Shown piece by piece: positions 1-13,123 of a stretch of 64,000 bases of DNA. Every line of letters begins with the position of its first letter. Position 1 is the stretch's first letter. Made by a program: the position numbers and the translations under genes. The notes beneath the pieces are model-generated. The model saw only the letters and a list, made by a program, of their open reading frames with translations. It was not told the origin of the DNA and made no database searches. The DNA lies in assembly GCF_009834535.1 (NCBI RefSeq), contig NC_045698.1:6946001-7010000 (forward strand), given 5' to 3'. The DNA comes from Camelus ferus. Lineage: Eukaryota.

Positions 1-410
1 AGGTGGGAATCTAAAAACAAAAACAAACAAATCAAAAAAACAAAGGTCATAGACACAGAGAACAGGTTGGTGATTGCCAGAGGCAGGAGGTGGCGGATGG
101 GGCAAAATGGGTGAAAGGAGTCAAAAGGTATAAACTTCCCGTTATGAAATAAATAAGTCCTGGGGATGCAATGTACAGCATGGTGACTACAGTTAATATA
201 GTTAGTAGCTGCATATTTGAATGTTGCTAAAAGAGTAAATCTTAGAAGTCTTCATCAAAAGAAAAAAATTTTGTACAACTATGTATGCTGACAGACATTA
301 ATTAGACTTATAATGGTGCTCATTTCACAATGTATGCAAATGTTGAATCATTATATCATACACCTGAAACTGCTATAATGTTATATGTCAATTATGCTCA
401 GTTAAAATTA
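1..410 (+). mobile_element. L1 3' end fragment (L1MA9-like)
   Basis: Typical L1 3'UTR motifs (gatacagagaacag-like start, ggtataaacttcc, acacctgaaac...taatgttatatgtcaatt) ending in an A-rich tail; subfamily from recall. Confidence 0.85.
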
Positions 411-528
411 AAGAAGATCCCAAAGAGATATCTGTACTCCCATGTTCACTGCAGCATTATTCACAATAGCCAAGATCTGGAAACAACCTCAATGTCCGTC
501 AATAGATGAATAGATAAAGAGACTGTGG

Positions 529-686
529 TAAAGAAAAAAAAAGCAGACTCACAGATACAGAGAACAAACTAGTGGTTACCAGTTGGGAGAGGGAAAAAGG
601 AGGGGCAATAAAAGGGTTATTACGGGATTATATGAAATCATGTGTGTGAAATTTTTGAAAATTGTAAAGCATTATGGATTTAAAAC
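529..686 (+). mobile_element. Short L1-derived 3' fragment inserted in the older L1
   Basis: Starts with L1 3' motif gcagactcacagatacagagaacaaactagtggttacc; flanked by near-direct repeats aagagactgtgg (517-528) and aagagactgcgg (687-698). Confidence 0.7.
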
Positions 687-726
687 AAGAGACTGCGGCA
701 TATACATACAGTGGAATACTATTGAT

Positions 727-880
727 TCTTTTTTTTAACTTTTTTTATTGAGTTACAGTCATTTTACAATGTTGTGTCAAATTCCAGTGTAGAGCACAAT
801 TTTTCAATTATACGTGAACATATATATATTCATTGTCACATTTTTTCATTGTGAGCTACCACAAGATCTTGTATGTATTT
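727..880 (-). mobile_element. Young lineage-specific L1 3' terminus
   Basis: T-rich tail then the reverse complement of the same 3' end seen at 1085-1200, 17900-17985 and 26650-26767. Confidence 0.8.
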
Positions 881-894
881 AAAAAGAAGGAATT

Positions 895-1204
895 GTTGCA
901 TTCTTTTTTATCATGAGCTACCACAGTATCTTGTATATATTTCCCTGTGCTATACAGTATAATCTTGTTTATCTATTCTGTATATGCCTGTCAGTATCTA
1001 CAAATTTTGAACTCCCAGTCTGTCCCTTCCCACCCCCTCCCCCTTGGCAACCACAAGTTTGTATTCTATGTTTATGCACAGTGAGAAAGAATGCGACAAT
1101 GAATATATGTATGTTCATGTATGACTGAAACATTGTGCTCTACACTGGAAATGGACACAACATTGTAAACTGACTATAACTCAATAAAATAAAAAGTTAA
1201 AAAT
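895..1204 (+). mobile_element. Young L1 3' fragment with 5' inversion
   Basis: About 895-1071 is antisense L1 3'UTR and about 1072-1204 is the sense continuation with A tail; degenerate TSD aaaaagaaggaatt / aaaaagaaacaaatt. Confidence 0.75.
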
Positions 1205-1919
1205 AAAAAGAAACAAATTCTACAATATGCAATGTGGATGAAATTTGAGGATATTACACTAAGTGAAACAAGCCAATGATAGAAAGACAAATATTGCATG
1301 AGTCTCCTTATATGTAGTGTCTAAAATAGTCAAGATCATTGAATCTAAGAATGGAATGGTGGTTTCCAGGAGCTGGCGGGTGGGGAAAATGGGGAGTTAC
1401 TAATCAACAGGCATCAAGTTTCAGTTAAGCAAGAGGAATGCGCTCTAGAGATCTGTCGTACATTGTACCTGTAGTCAACGACGATATGCTGTAGACGTAA
1501 CAATTCAAGATGGTAGATCTCACCTTAAGTGTTCTTTCCAAAATTAAATAAAACAAATAAATAAACAAGAATCTGCTATGTTAGGACAGGAGCTATCTTA
1601 GCAGCTGCGTAGTCCATCTTTCTCTTTATTTAAAAACCGTATCACCTTTTAATGAGCACAAAAGATGTGCATCCCCTTGAAAGATGCTGCCGTGACTCCC
1701 AGTTCTACCCACCTCTGCCCTGAGAGAATTTTTTACTGTATATCCACAGCAGTCAATAGAATTTAGAGCTTCATATTTGGTAAAGTATACAATGGAAACA
1801 ATGAACAGATTTCCCCTAAATATAAAAATACAGTATAATATAAAATGTGATTTTCAAACCAAACACTATCTCTCAAACCAGATTCTGAAATAGGAGTCGC
1901 TAACCAAGTCTAGACTCTC

Positions 1920-2030
1920 ATATCACACAGAGGGCAGCTGAGACCCAGAGATGGTCATCGACTTTTTCTTCCTGGTGCTAGGACCAAACCCATATTTCCT
2001 GACTCAAAGTAGATTGTTCTTTCAGTACTC
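1920..2030 (-). mobile_element. MIR SINE fragment
   Basis: Degenerate MIR core (gctgagacccagagatgg...aaacccatatttcctgactc). Confidence 0.5.
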
Positions 2031-2479
2031 TCTGTTCCTAACACATGGCTTCACACATGGAAGCCCAAGAAATAAGAACAAAACGCGAAGATGATCATAT
2101 AAACAGTAATCACTTGTATTGGTGTCACTTTGATGGTGATGTTGGTACATAAGGACCAACATGAACGCCGTCTTCCCCTTCAAAAGTTCTGGCCGATGAA
2201 GAGAGTTCTCAAAGGATAGTTAGCCAAATAGAGTCCAGGATCTGAACTCAATTAAGGCTGAGCAAATCCCCAATAACCAGAAGAATAGGTTCTCCAGGAA
2301 AAGCTCAGTTAGAGAAAATGGCTTAAAGCTGAGAACAAACAGGGGGTTTCTATCCTAAACCCTACTCTTACAACCCCCACAACTAAAGACATCTGGTCCC
2401 ACAAGATTAAGCTGCAATAAAAGGAACTAAGGGCAATTTCTCCTGGGGGTGGGAAGACGGAATTTCCTTTTGTCTTTGG

Positions 2480-3550
2480 TACTCAGAAATTACAGTGACG
2501 TGTTTTAAGGCATAATTTTTCTTTGTATTTATTCTGTTGGGGCTTATAGGCATTGATTTTGAAGCTTTCTGTCTTTCCCAAGTTTTAAAAAATTCTTGGC
2601 CATTATTTCTTCAAATATTGCTTCAGTCCATTCTCTTTCTTTTCTTCTGGAACGAAAACTACATCTTTTCCTTACGTCCCACGTGTCTCTTATTTCCTTT
2701 CTTTATATTTGATCTTTTATCCTTATGAGCTTTAGTCTGGATATATTCCACAGCTTATTTCCAGTTCACTCTAATACGATGTTATGCCTACCAAATGAGA
2801 TCTCGATTTTATTTATTTTTATTTTTCCATTACAGGTTTTCAATTTGAATCTTTTCTATGGTTTCTAATTCTCTACTGAAATTTTTCACCTTGCAATTTT
2901 ATTTCTTGAACATATTTAATTATAGATGTTTAGTGTTCATGTACAATAACACCAATTTTTAATTGTCTATGGGTATGTTTGTTATCTATTTTCCTCTAGT
3001 TTGGGGTGAGGTCTTATCTTTTTGTATATTTGGCTTTTTTTAATTGAGTGCCAAATGTTGGGTATGAAAAATTGTAAAGACAATTCAAGGCTTTGGTGAG
3101 GTTATCACCCTCCCACGTGTATTTAACTGTTTATCTAGCAGATCATCTTATTCTTGTCTTGGATGGAACTGGCTGGAAGTTGCTTTTCAGCCTTTGTGAG
3201 TTATGGTGTGTTTCAGTTCAGCCGTACTCCGAGGGTGCCGGCCTTCAGCGCAACAACCAAAAACCTGGAGCCATTACAGGACTTCTTCTTCTTTAAAGGC
3301 CCTTTGCTACCATTTTTGACCCTCCAGCCTTGTGACACTACTAAAAGCTTTGCTCAGAGTCTTAACTTCTCAGATGCCATATTTGGTTTCTGATTTTTGC
3401 ACTTGCTTTGTGGGCAAAAGCAGCCCCAGATGCCAAACACCTCTCTTTAGTTTTTATGCTTTCTTTATCTTAGCTTCTAAAATGTCTTTGTAGCTCTTTA
3501 AAGCCTTCAAACATATGTCTGTGTGTGTGTGCGCATGTGTGTTATAGCTT
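2480..3550 (-). mobile_element. Ancient L1 (L1ME/HAL1-like) fragment
   Basis: T-rich antisense L1 motifs (aaaattcttggccattatttcttcaaatattgcttc); boundaries approximate. Confidence 0.6.
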
Positions 3551-3687
3551 TTTTCATTATCCCCCATCACTAAAACCACACAGTCAGCCAGAAGCAGAAA
3601 GTGGCTTAGGATGATGCTTTCTGACTTGCCTAATAGAATTGGTGATAGGTGCCATTCACTAACACAGGGGATTCTAGAAAAGGACTC

Positions 3688-4224
3688 TGTGCAGAGAAGA
3701 GTTAACATAGCCGGTCTGACTGCTGTACAAGGCGAGCCCTGGCTGGAGTCTGAGGACTTCATTTCAGAAGGGTTCCTGCCATTAACTGATAAGAGTGTCT
3801 CACTATGCCTAAACATTTTTAATAACTATTGATTTATGCTGAACATCTGTTTTCCTTCTGGGAGGCAGGAATTTGAGTACGTGCCAGACAGGGGCACCAA
3901 TGTGATCGGTCCCCAGGAAAAACCCTGGGCACTAAAGCTCTAATGAGCTTCTCTGGTTGGCAACGTTTCATACTTACCATCACAACTCATTGCTGGGGGC
4001 ACCAAGTGCGTCCTGTGTGAATCCGCCGGGACAGAACTCTTGAAAGCTTGCACTGGGCTTCCCACAGACTCTGCCCCGTGTGCCTTTTCCTTTGCTGCTG
4101 CTGCTGCGGATCCTTTTCCTCCATAGCTAGGACATAACCACGAGAATGACTATGCGCTGAAGGCCGAGCTTCCCTGCAGCGACTCACCAAGCCCTGGCGG
4201 CGGTCTTGGAGGCCTCTTGGCACA
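3688..4224 (+). mobile_element. MER68-like ERVL solo LTR
   Basis: TG...CA ends; begins tgtgcagagaagagttaacatagc and contains aaaaccctgggcact...ctaatgagcttc as in MER68. Confidence 0.85.
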
Positions 4225-4469
4225 GACCAGCTGGGGAAGATGGCGATGTCAGATTCGGATTGAGGTCAAGGCACTCTTTGCCTTGCCTGCCCTGCTGTGT
4301 ACTCATTGTTCCACCCACTGCGTCTTCGGTTCTCTCACTTGATCTTTCAACAGCACTGTCATTGCTGACCACCCAACTTTCTGGAAACACGACTGCCTTT
4401 TCTTTTTATAGAACATTTGCCACCAGCTTTACCTCTTACTTTCTTCTTCTAACAAACTTGCCTGCACAA

Positions 4470-4720
4470 GACTCCAGAATCCTGGCTCTCTTCTCATGAT
4501 GCCCCCTCTCCCTGGGCACTCTGATCCACACCTACAGCTTCAGACACCTCCAGTGCACAGAGGACTCACACATTATAGCTTTGGCCTTGATCTTCCATCC
4601 AGACTTTAAAACTGGATGTTGAACAGACTGGTTATCTCTCAGATAAAGCAGAGTTACCCCAGATGCTGGGCGATTCCAACATTCCTATGAAAAATACAAA
4701 CCAAGTGCTTTACCTCAAAG
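4470..4720 (+). mobile_element. L2 fragment
   Basis: Degenerate L2 RT-region motif (ctccctgggcactctgatccacacc...gaggactcacacatt). Confidence 0.5.
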
Positions 4721-4849
4721 CACCCCCTCTTCACCTACACTTTCCACTTTTCTCCTGCCTCCCACAAACAGGGTTGCACCTTCAGTCTCATTAGTCCTAG
4801 TTCTCACATGGTATGTCTCCTCTCTATCCACAACCCTTTCAATTTCTGG

Positions 4850-5230
4850 ATTCAGACAATAAGATTCTATTGAGCATCTACTACATACTTTCTCCTAGGC
4901 AGTAGGGAGGTGAAGATACTGAACACATGGACCCAATCTTCAGGGGCTTTATAAGCTAGTAAATAATGGGAGGCATAGAAATAAACACCATAAAGAATGA
5001 TGCATGTAAACACAGAACAAAGTCAGGGCCTGTGATGAGCCCTCAAAAGGGGGAGTGATCAGATCTCCCAGAAGACAGAGGAGGGGAACCTTCAGCTGCA
5101 TTTTGAAAGCTCAGTGGATGTTCTCCATAAAGACAGAGTGGATGATATGGTGCCATGCACACTGCAGGGAGAGAGGGACACGTCAAAGTCACGATGCATA
5201 TGAGAAACCACAACAGAAAATGTCACAGGA
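4850..5230 (-). mobile_element. L2 3' fragment
   Basis: tattgagcatctacta...ctaggc...ggacccaatcttcaggggctttataagctagt, typical antisense L2 3' end. Confidence 0.55.
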
Positions 5231-7299
5231 ACTAAAGCAATTTAAAATGTAGGGTATTCATTTTCTTAAAATAGCATTCATTTGAAAACCTAACTACCAG
5301 GAGAATCTAAGGAAAGAAAAGAACTAGCGTTTCTAGAGTTTTGCTGGAAAATGTAGGGTTCGAATTATTAAGGCTCTGGACAAGTCTGTCTCCATTAGAT
5401 CTGATGAGAGTAGCTACTATGCACCCTTCCTTTCATGAGACCAAGCGACAAGGGCCAAGTTCAAGTTCTAGGAGGGGAATGAGAGCAAAAAGGAGGATTA
5501 TCAGAGGAAATCTCAAAAGGAGGGAAAGGGTAAGAAAGCCAATCAAAGATCCCAATAGGTGGGGCAAAATCGCTTCCCCAGGTAACTCTTGACAACTACA
5601 GGGTGGACGGAGGAGAGGCACTTGCGGAGGGCCTGTCTCACCACATCCATTCCAAGGTTGACCATTTCAGAAGTTGGCTGCATTCAGTATCAGTGTCATG
5701 TCTTTCTATAATGAATGTCACAGTCACTACTCACAGGAAAGAATGACTTTCTGGCACCTCTTAAATCACACCACAGTGTCCACTCTTCCTGGCCCCACTG
5801 CATCCCTGGACACAGACAGAACCCCAGCCCAGGCTCACCAGGGCAATGGCAGAGAATCCCTCCTGCGCCTCCCCTACTGCTCAGACTCGGCCTCCAGGCG
5901 TGTGCTCACCAAGACCCATAGCATCTACAGGAGAGATGTCACCCCAGGATTCTTCTCTCTTTATGTGTGAAGAGGTCCCACCTGAAACTCTCCCTCTGCC
6001 CCAAATGGTGCGCAAAGGCGGGCAGTCAAATGGTAGCATTTGTTCGATTTAACGACTGTCCAGCATTTTCTATGGCTAAGTAGCTACACGAGTTACCACT
6101 GAGCATTTTAGTATGTACAGGACATGCTCCCTGACCACCACAAAATAAATGGGCAATTCAACCAGAGCGTCGTAATTAGTCTACTGTTAGCAAACACAAT
6201 GATCACAGAGTGAATCTCCAACATGGATATATGCTCAGGGCAGAAAAAGAAAATCAATGGGCATAAAGTGATTGCAAATAATCTTGACTCATTGCTGACT
6301 TCAAAAGTGTAGATTTTATTATATAATAAAGTTATATATGTATGTAAATACTAATATAATATATAGTCTTTTTCTCTAGGTCAACAAATGTACCTTTATT
6401 TTTGTTTCCAGGCTTATAAACACTTTTTACAGTATTGTGGTCTTAAAAACATAAGAGAGAAAATATTTCCTGCAATTTTCCCAGAAGGTTGCACATGATC
6501 AGAGAGCTCACGGCAGAGCAATAAGCAAATGGACACAGCAATGCAATTCCGACCCAGGTTCAACCATTCATTTTCTAGACTGTCACCACTAGCTGGACTG
6601 GAGATTGACTTCTCCTGAGTGGTTCACACTAACAAGGAGAGAATCATATCTATGGTCACAGGTTCTAATTTTCATAATTTTCCCCTTTGAAAAAGCCTGC
6701 TGTTCAAGACACTACAAAAATAATAATAATTCAAAAATCAAAACCCTTATTATAATCTCTATCCACCCATCACTCCGGGTAGCAGAATAAGTAGGCTGGA
6801 ATTAGGTACTCATTTAAGTATTTCCAAACAGACTTAACACTTATTATTTTTCAAGGCCCCGTGACAACTTTGGAATTTTCCATCTAAAATTGAGATATGA
6901 TACGTGAATGCAGATAAATACCAGTATGTCTAGAAATTAAATTTCACCTGTAAGTTTATCTCAACCCTAGGCCACTAATCAAAGATTACTTGGGTCGATT
7001 AATTAAATAGTTTAATTCTAGCACACGAAGAAATGATTTGTTAATTAAGCCAGAGGAAATAATATATGCAGACAGCAGATGATAATCACACTGTCTGTTG
7101 GGTACAAACATATTGACTTGATGAAACAGCACGTCTAAGCCTGAAAATCACCAGTGTCCTGTTATCATCGGGTCATCCATTAATTCCATTAATCACTAAT
7201 CTGTCAGATAATGATCTGGCCTGGGAATAACTGCCGCCATCTTTTGAGAATTTATGGCACATCAAGAGTGGTCCTAAGAACTTCAAAGACATCACCGCT

Positions 7300-7450
7300 C
7301 AGATAATCCATCCAGCAACCCAATGAGGTAGCACTATTCTGATTTTCACTTTATGTACAAGGAAACAAAGAACCCAAGAGGTTAAGGAAGCTGTCCTGAG
7401 TTTGAAACTAACAAGCGGAAGTCCTGGAATCAGGAGCCGCAGGCCCTCTC
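7300..7450 (-). mobile_element. MIR SINE
   Basis: caacccaatgaggtagcactatt...cactttatgtacaaggaaac...agaggttaagg. Confidence 0.7.
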
Positions 7451-8379
7451 CGCTGTACCAGACTCGTCCCACCGGCCGACCATCCTTCCCTGGGAGCCGG
7501 TGTCGCTCTCTGGTGTATTGTCTTTGTCTGTGGTGGACCCTGGGGGCCCCAGACTGGCCCCCTTGGAGACCATGCAACCCGAAGCATCTGGCCTGCTTTC
7601 TCCCTGCCCTGCAAAGGGAGAGTGAGAGACGCCACCGGAAAAAAGAGACTGTCTTTAATTTCCTCTCCAATTGTACAGAAGATTCCAAATACATAAAATA
7701 CTATCAAAACTCTATACCAGTCCAATTCTCAACAGCAACTGTGACCAAAGCAAAGCACCATGCCGAACGAGTGGGGTAATTAAGGGTCCCTTTATTTCAC
7801 AGCATCAAATATATCATCTCAAATGGACAAAATTACTGTAAAAGTAAAACATACAACATAAAGTTGTATAATGCATTTTCTCTGCATTTTATTCTTTAAA
7901 TAATCTCTTATTTTTCTTACCTTGTTGGTATAAATTTGCCAACTATTTTTCTTTGGAGGAATTGTTCTCACTTGGAGATCATGCCCATCCTACTACTTTA
8001 TTTTATGAAATTATAGAGATAGCAGGTGATACTAGTTTTACTTTGTTCTATTTTCAACACTCGATATGACAAAGTAAGACTTTGGCAACGTTAGGTTCCT
8101 CAGGGAAAACTATTGCTGTGGTTGTCTTTAAACAAATCCGCAAAATCTAAAAGTCTAGAAATGACCGCCTTTCTCTTCAGTCACTCCCCTCCGTCCATCC
8201 CTCAGGTGGAGACCTGGGGTTGGAAACCTGACCTGTTTCATGTGCTGGGTCAGACCTTTAGGGCTGGAGTGGAAGCTCAAGGAAAATCTCAATCTTCTTT
8301 AAAAAAAAAAAAAAAAATTCAATTCCTGGTCCAAAATTTAGCTGGAGTCATGTTGAATTTAAGTCTTCACATTAGAAGT

Positions 8380-8820
8380 TTCTTTTTTTAATTGATGTAT
8401 AGTTGATTTATATTATGTTAGTTTCAGGTCTACAACACAGTGATTTGACATTTTTACAGATTATACTCCATTTAAAGTTATTACAAAATAATGGCTATGT
8501 TTTCCTGTTCTGTGCATTATATCTTTATTGCTTATTTGATTTATACATGGTAGTTTGTTTCTCTTAATCCCATGACTCTGTCTTGTCCCTTTCTCCTTCC
8601 TTCTCCCGACTGGTAACTACTAGTTTGTCTTCTATATCTGCAAGTCTGTTTCTGTTTTGTTATTTACCTTTGTTTGTTGTACTTTTCATATTCCATGTAC
8701 AAATGATAACAGAGTATTTGTCTTTCTTTGACTTATTTCACTAAACATAATACTGTCTAGGTCCATCCACGTTGTTGCAAATGGTAGAATTTCATTCTTT
8801 TTATGGCTGAGTAATATTCC

Positions 8821-8886
<66 letters not shown>

Positions 8887-9545
8887 CACACACACAAACC
8901 CCACATCTTCTTTATCCATTCATCTGTTGATGGACAATTAGGTTACTTCCATACCTTGGCTATTGTAAACAATGCTGCTATGAACAGTAGGGTGCATGTA
9001 TCTTTTCGAGTTAGCATTTTCATTTTCTTCTGACATACACCCAGGAGTGGAATTACTGGATCATATGGTAGCTCTATTTTTAGTTTTTTGAGAGACCACC
9101 ATACTGTTCTCCTTAGTGGCTGCACCAATTTACATTCCCACCAGCAGTATAAAAGGGTTCCCTTTTCTCCACATCTTTCCCAACATTTGTTATTTGTGAT
9201 CTTTTTGATGATAACCATTCGGACAAATGTGAGGTGATATCTTTTTGGATCTGTCTCCTAGGGCAAAAGAAAGAAAAGCAAAAATAAACAAATGGGACCT
9301 AATTAAACTTAAAAGCTTTTGCACAGCAAAGAAAACCATCAATAAAATGAAAAGACAACCTACTGAATGGGAGAAGATACTTGCAAATAATATGACCAAT
9401 AAGGGTTTAATATCCAAAATATACAAACACCTTGTACAACTCAATATCAAAAAACAAACAATCATATTAAAATATGGGCAGAAGACCTGAATAGACATTC
9501 CATACAGAGACCAAACAGGAACATGAAAAGATGCTCAACTTCACT
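8380..9545 (-). mobile_element. L1 3' fragment with 5' inversion; ORF2 C-terminal remnants
   Basis: 8380-9243 antisense with ORF2 peptides ([22 protein letters not shown]); 9244-9545 sense upstream ORF2 ([16 protein letters not shown]). Confidence 0.9.
8821..8884. repeat. (GATA)16 microsatellite within the L1
   Basis: Perfect tetranucleotide array read directly. Confidence 0.97.
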
Positions 9546-10029
9546 TGATACAGAGGTCAAAGTCCTAGACTTGGACTCAAGAGATCTGGGCACAGATACC
9601 ATCTCCATTCTGTCTGAGCAATCTCTCAATCTCCCTCAACTTCTCTTTTTCCATTTCTAGGTCAAGGTGTAAGATCTCTAAAGGTCATGCATTAATCTTA
9701 TGTTTTATGTGATTCCATCAACTTCCCATCTTCAAGCCAAATCAATGAATTTCGAGCAGAAGAAACTTATCCTTTGGACCTGAGTTTATTAGTATTTCTA
9801 CGGTAATGGTTCTTCCAGAGCATCTCCTTGTGTGATAAAGGAGACACTACTGAGGGGGGTAGGGCTGTTCTCTGAATCCGAGAAGCCCAAATAAAGGCAA
9901 GAAGACCTCCGTGTAGCAGTGTTTTTACAGACTTCATGAAAGGGGAGGCATTTTGAAAATTAGGGGGAATTTAGACACCTCTTCCCTCCTCCATTTGATC
10001 ACAAGCTCAGATGACTTTAGATATCAGGC

Positions 10030-10210
10030 AGTTCAAATCTAGAGGGAGCTGGCGGGGCCAGTAGGGAGTGGTGAGGACTGTGGTGAATTGGAAAGGGGGC
10101 AGCCTACTGGCAGACATTCAAATTCAGATATTTTTACAATTCTGTGTCAGCCAAACTGAATAAAACTGTCACCTGAATTCAGCCTCTGTGCTGCCAAATT
10201 TCAACTTCAG
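10030..10210. mobile_element. MER102-like hAT DNA transposon remnant
   Basis: tagggagtggtgaggactgtgg...aagggggcagc...gccaaac motifs recalled from MER102. Confidence 0.55.
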
Positions 10211-13017
10211 ATCTGAACTGTTCGGTCCCTGAGAAAGGGGGCTGGTCCTTGGGATACACACTTGCGGGTTTTGTCCAACCCATCAGATAGGAAATGAACA
10301 GCAGGCAGGAACTCACAGAGGGGCGGCAGCCACAGAGGGCTGTGCTCTCACTGGTCCATCATCTAGTGTGGAGTCCCACAGCCTTCCCCCAGAACTGTTT
10401 CAGGCTTTGTGGGGAAGCAGGGGGACTGAGTGCATCATGGACCAGCACTGATCACCCTGCTGATGCTCCACGGTGTTGGCCCTTACGTGCTTTCTCATAG
10501 GCCTCCTGCTCCAGGACTGTCCTACTCAGCACCTAGGTTTAACCTCTCCACTTCTTCACTGTGAGTCCCACCCTCAACTGCCCCATCTCCTCAGGAGAAA
10601 TGTCTGTATAACCAGGTGTGGTGGCAAATGTGGGACTTGAGAAGCCAGGGTGAAAAGACCAAGGGGTCCTGCCCCGCTTCCAGCATCTGCTGCATCCCAC
10701 AGAGAAAGCAGAGCATCTCCAGGCATCTGGGGCTGAGCAGAGACCCAGCGTCCAGGGAAGAGCAGGCACAAGTCAGGAAGGACCTTTTCCCGCCTGGACA
10801 ACTCCAGAAGGACGAGGACCTGGAAGCCACGGGAGCCAATCACCTGCCTGAAGAAGCTGACCTCTGAGACGTGTAGGGGGAAAGGGATGGCAAACCGAAA
10901 GGGGTACAAGGGTTTCAAGTATGCACTGAATGTCCTGAAAATGTGAACCAGCAGGGGTTGCGGAGCTGAGAAGACATGGCGAGGCAGAGCCTAGAGTAGT
11001 AAGATTATTCCTGCACTTACTTCTCTATATTATTGTTAAAATGAGAATTCCAGACCCATCAGCCTCTTTTTTCTGTTGTTATAACTGCTGAAGTCCATAA
11101 TTGTTCTCTTGCACATGTGGCTAGGAAATCCAGCCTTCACAGGGGCCACGTGGAAAAATCCCACCAGGTCCTAAAGCAAAAGCTGTCACACCCCAGCAGC
11201 GTCATCTTTCTCCCATTCTATTTGTAATGAGCATTGCCTTTCCTGGTGGGTTTTTAAAAAAAAAAAAAAATTAAATAAAACCTTAGCCAAATTTACACTG
11301 CAGAAGTTTCTTTTATGAAAAACAGATGGAAAAAGCTAACTTAAAAATGCAAATCATTACATTATAATGACTTCTTAATTTTAAAAGTTACGAATACAGC
11401 TTCCCAGGAGGGACGAAAGGAGACGGTGACAACAGCTGCTGAAGAAAGATCAGAAGCGGGAGGTGCCTGAAAAGCAAGGAAGGCTGGAGACCTGCAGAGA
11501 TCATAAGGAATATTCCTAGTCCTTGGACGTGGTGGGCTGAGCGCTCACACAAGCTCATTTCGGCAGCGTTTATTCAGGTAAAGGAAAGAAATGGAGACAC
11601 CACCAATCCTCAGGATGCAGGTTACTCCCAAAGGTGTCTGCATGTGCTACAAGGAATACAGAGTTCTAGCAACAGACATTTCATGTCCTTCCTCCACACT
11701 TTCTGCTCAGCTCCTCAGACAGGAATATGAAACCACAGTTCACAAATGTTCCTGATCCTAAGATATTTACTCAGATGTTAAACTCCTCCTGGAATGGGTA
11801 TTTAGCACAGAGATTTCTTTATATTTTCATAACTGGCCTCTCTTGAAACCCACTGTTGAAGAGAGTTGAACTCTTAAACACGCTCTTATTTTTGGAAAAA
11901 TTTGTTGGGCTTCCTCCCTCAGATTAACCCCTCTCCTTCCCTCTTTCCCAATAAAGGAGAGATTTTAGAAATATTTTCAACTTACCAGTAAATTTCACTG
12001 TTGCCCTTGTGAATAAAATTCAATATATATGCAAAATATGCCTCCTTCTCCCTTTTGATTCTTTGTACTTTTTGACTAGCAAGTCATCACAGGTTTAAAA
12101 AACACACATGCTGTCTCCTGATTAATACATTCAGTGTATCCGAGAGCTGACCCTGTCATCGGTGGCGTCATCTCTCTCCGACACACTGCTCGGGGCAGTC
12201 TGGCCTGTGTCAGAGCATTAACTGTGTCTTCTGGGTGAAGGGCTGACACGCATGTGCTTTGTGCAGCCCTGGTCTCAGCAGAACAGACTGAAATTAAACA
12301 GCTGGAAGTATTTTCAAATTTCTGCCTGGGGACCACTTAATGTATAGGAACTCAGCATGAATTTCCCACTGAGATAAAAGTGTAAAAGTTGTTCTTTCTT
12401 TTTCCTCTTTTTTGTTTTTTTCTGAAAGTCACCTCCTTTCTCTCCCAAACAGAACATCAATAGAATATCATGTCTTTCAAGTTCTTATCCTAGGTTAGGG
12501 GAAAGAAAAGGAGTCCTAAACTCAGCTGTCATTCATCTCCTAATAAAAAAAACGGATCAAAATCTCACTGGGGGAAGAAACAGAAGAGGAGGATGCATTA
12601 GAGCTTATGGCTGCTTTTTTCTCTCTACCGGAATGAGGCAGATTCCACTACAACTGCTGCACTGAAAGCCAGGAGCAGGAATCAGTTTGACTGCCATGTG
12701 TGGGGAACATGGGTCTCCCGGGGGCTCTCAGTCAACTCATAGCTCCGGAAAGCAAACACAGTCACCACAGCATCATGCCACTCAGCGGAGAGTTGAGTGT
12801 GATATACAAGGCTTTGTCTTGAACTGCATCCAGGGCGTCAAGTTGCTGAAACACCAAGTGCTCCTTCACTGCGTCTCCACTTCAGTGGAGGATCTCCTTT
12901 CAGATACTCCACCCCACACCCAGCACCGCCACCCATGGGACCTGCCACGGAGTGTGGCCCCAAGGGTCGCTCATGCTCCTCAGGAGGCTTCCGTTCATTC
13001 GACCTCGAGCTACTTAC

Positions 13018-13123
13018 TCAGACTCAGCGTCCATAAGCATCCAAACAGAACCAGACGTCTAACAGATAAATCTGACAGCATTTGGACGTGAATCAAGAAC
13101 CCTTGCAATGAAGCAGCAGCTGT
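13018..13123 (-). other. Candidate spliced exon (106 nt), coding status unknown
   Basis: Acceptor tattgtctctgtaatcag and donor GA|gtaagt; one frame is open (TAAASLQGFLIHVQMLSDLSVRRLVLFGCLWTLSL). Confidence 0.35.

Larger units (their letters stand above)
411..1570 (+). mobile_element. Older L1 (L1MB-like) 3' end, split by three nested younger insertions
   Basis: Colinear L1 pieces at about 411-528, 687-726, 881-894 and 1205-1570 (cccatgttcactgcagcattattcacaatagccaag ... ctaagtgaaacaagcc ... A-rich end). Confidence 0.8.
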
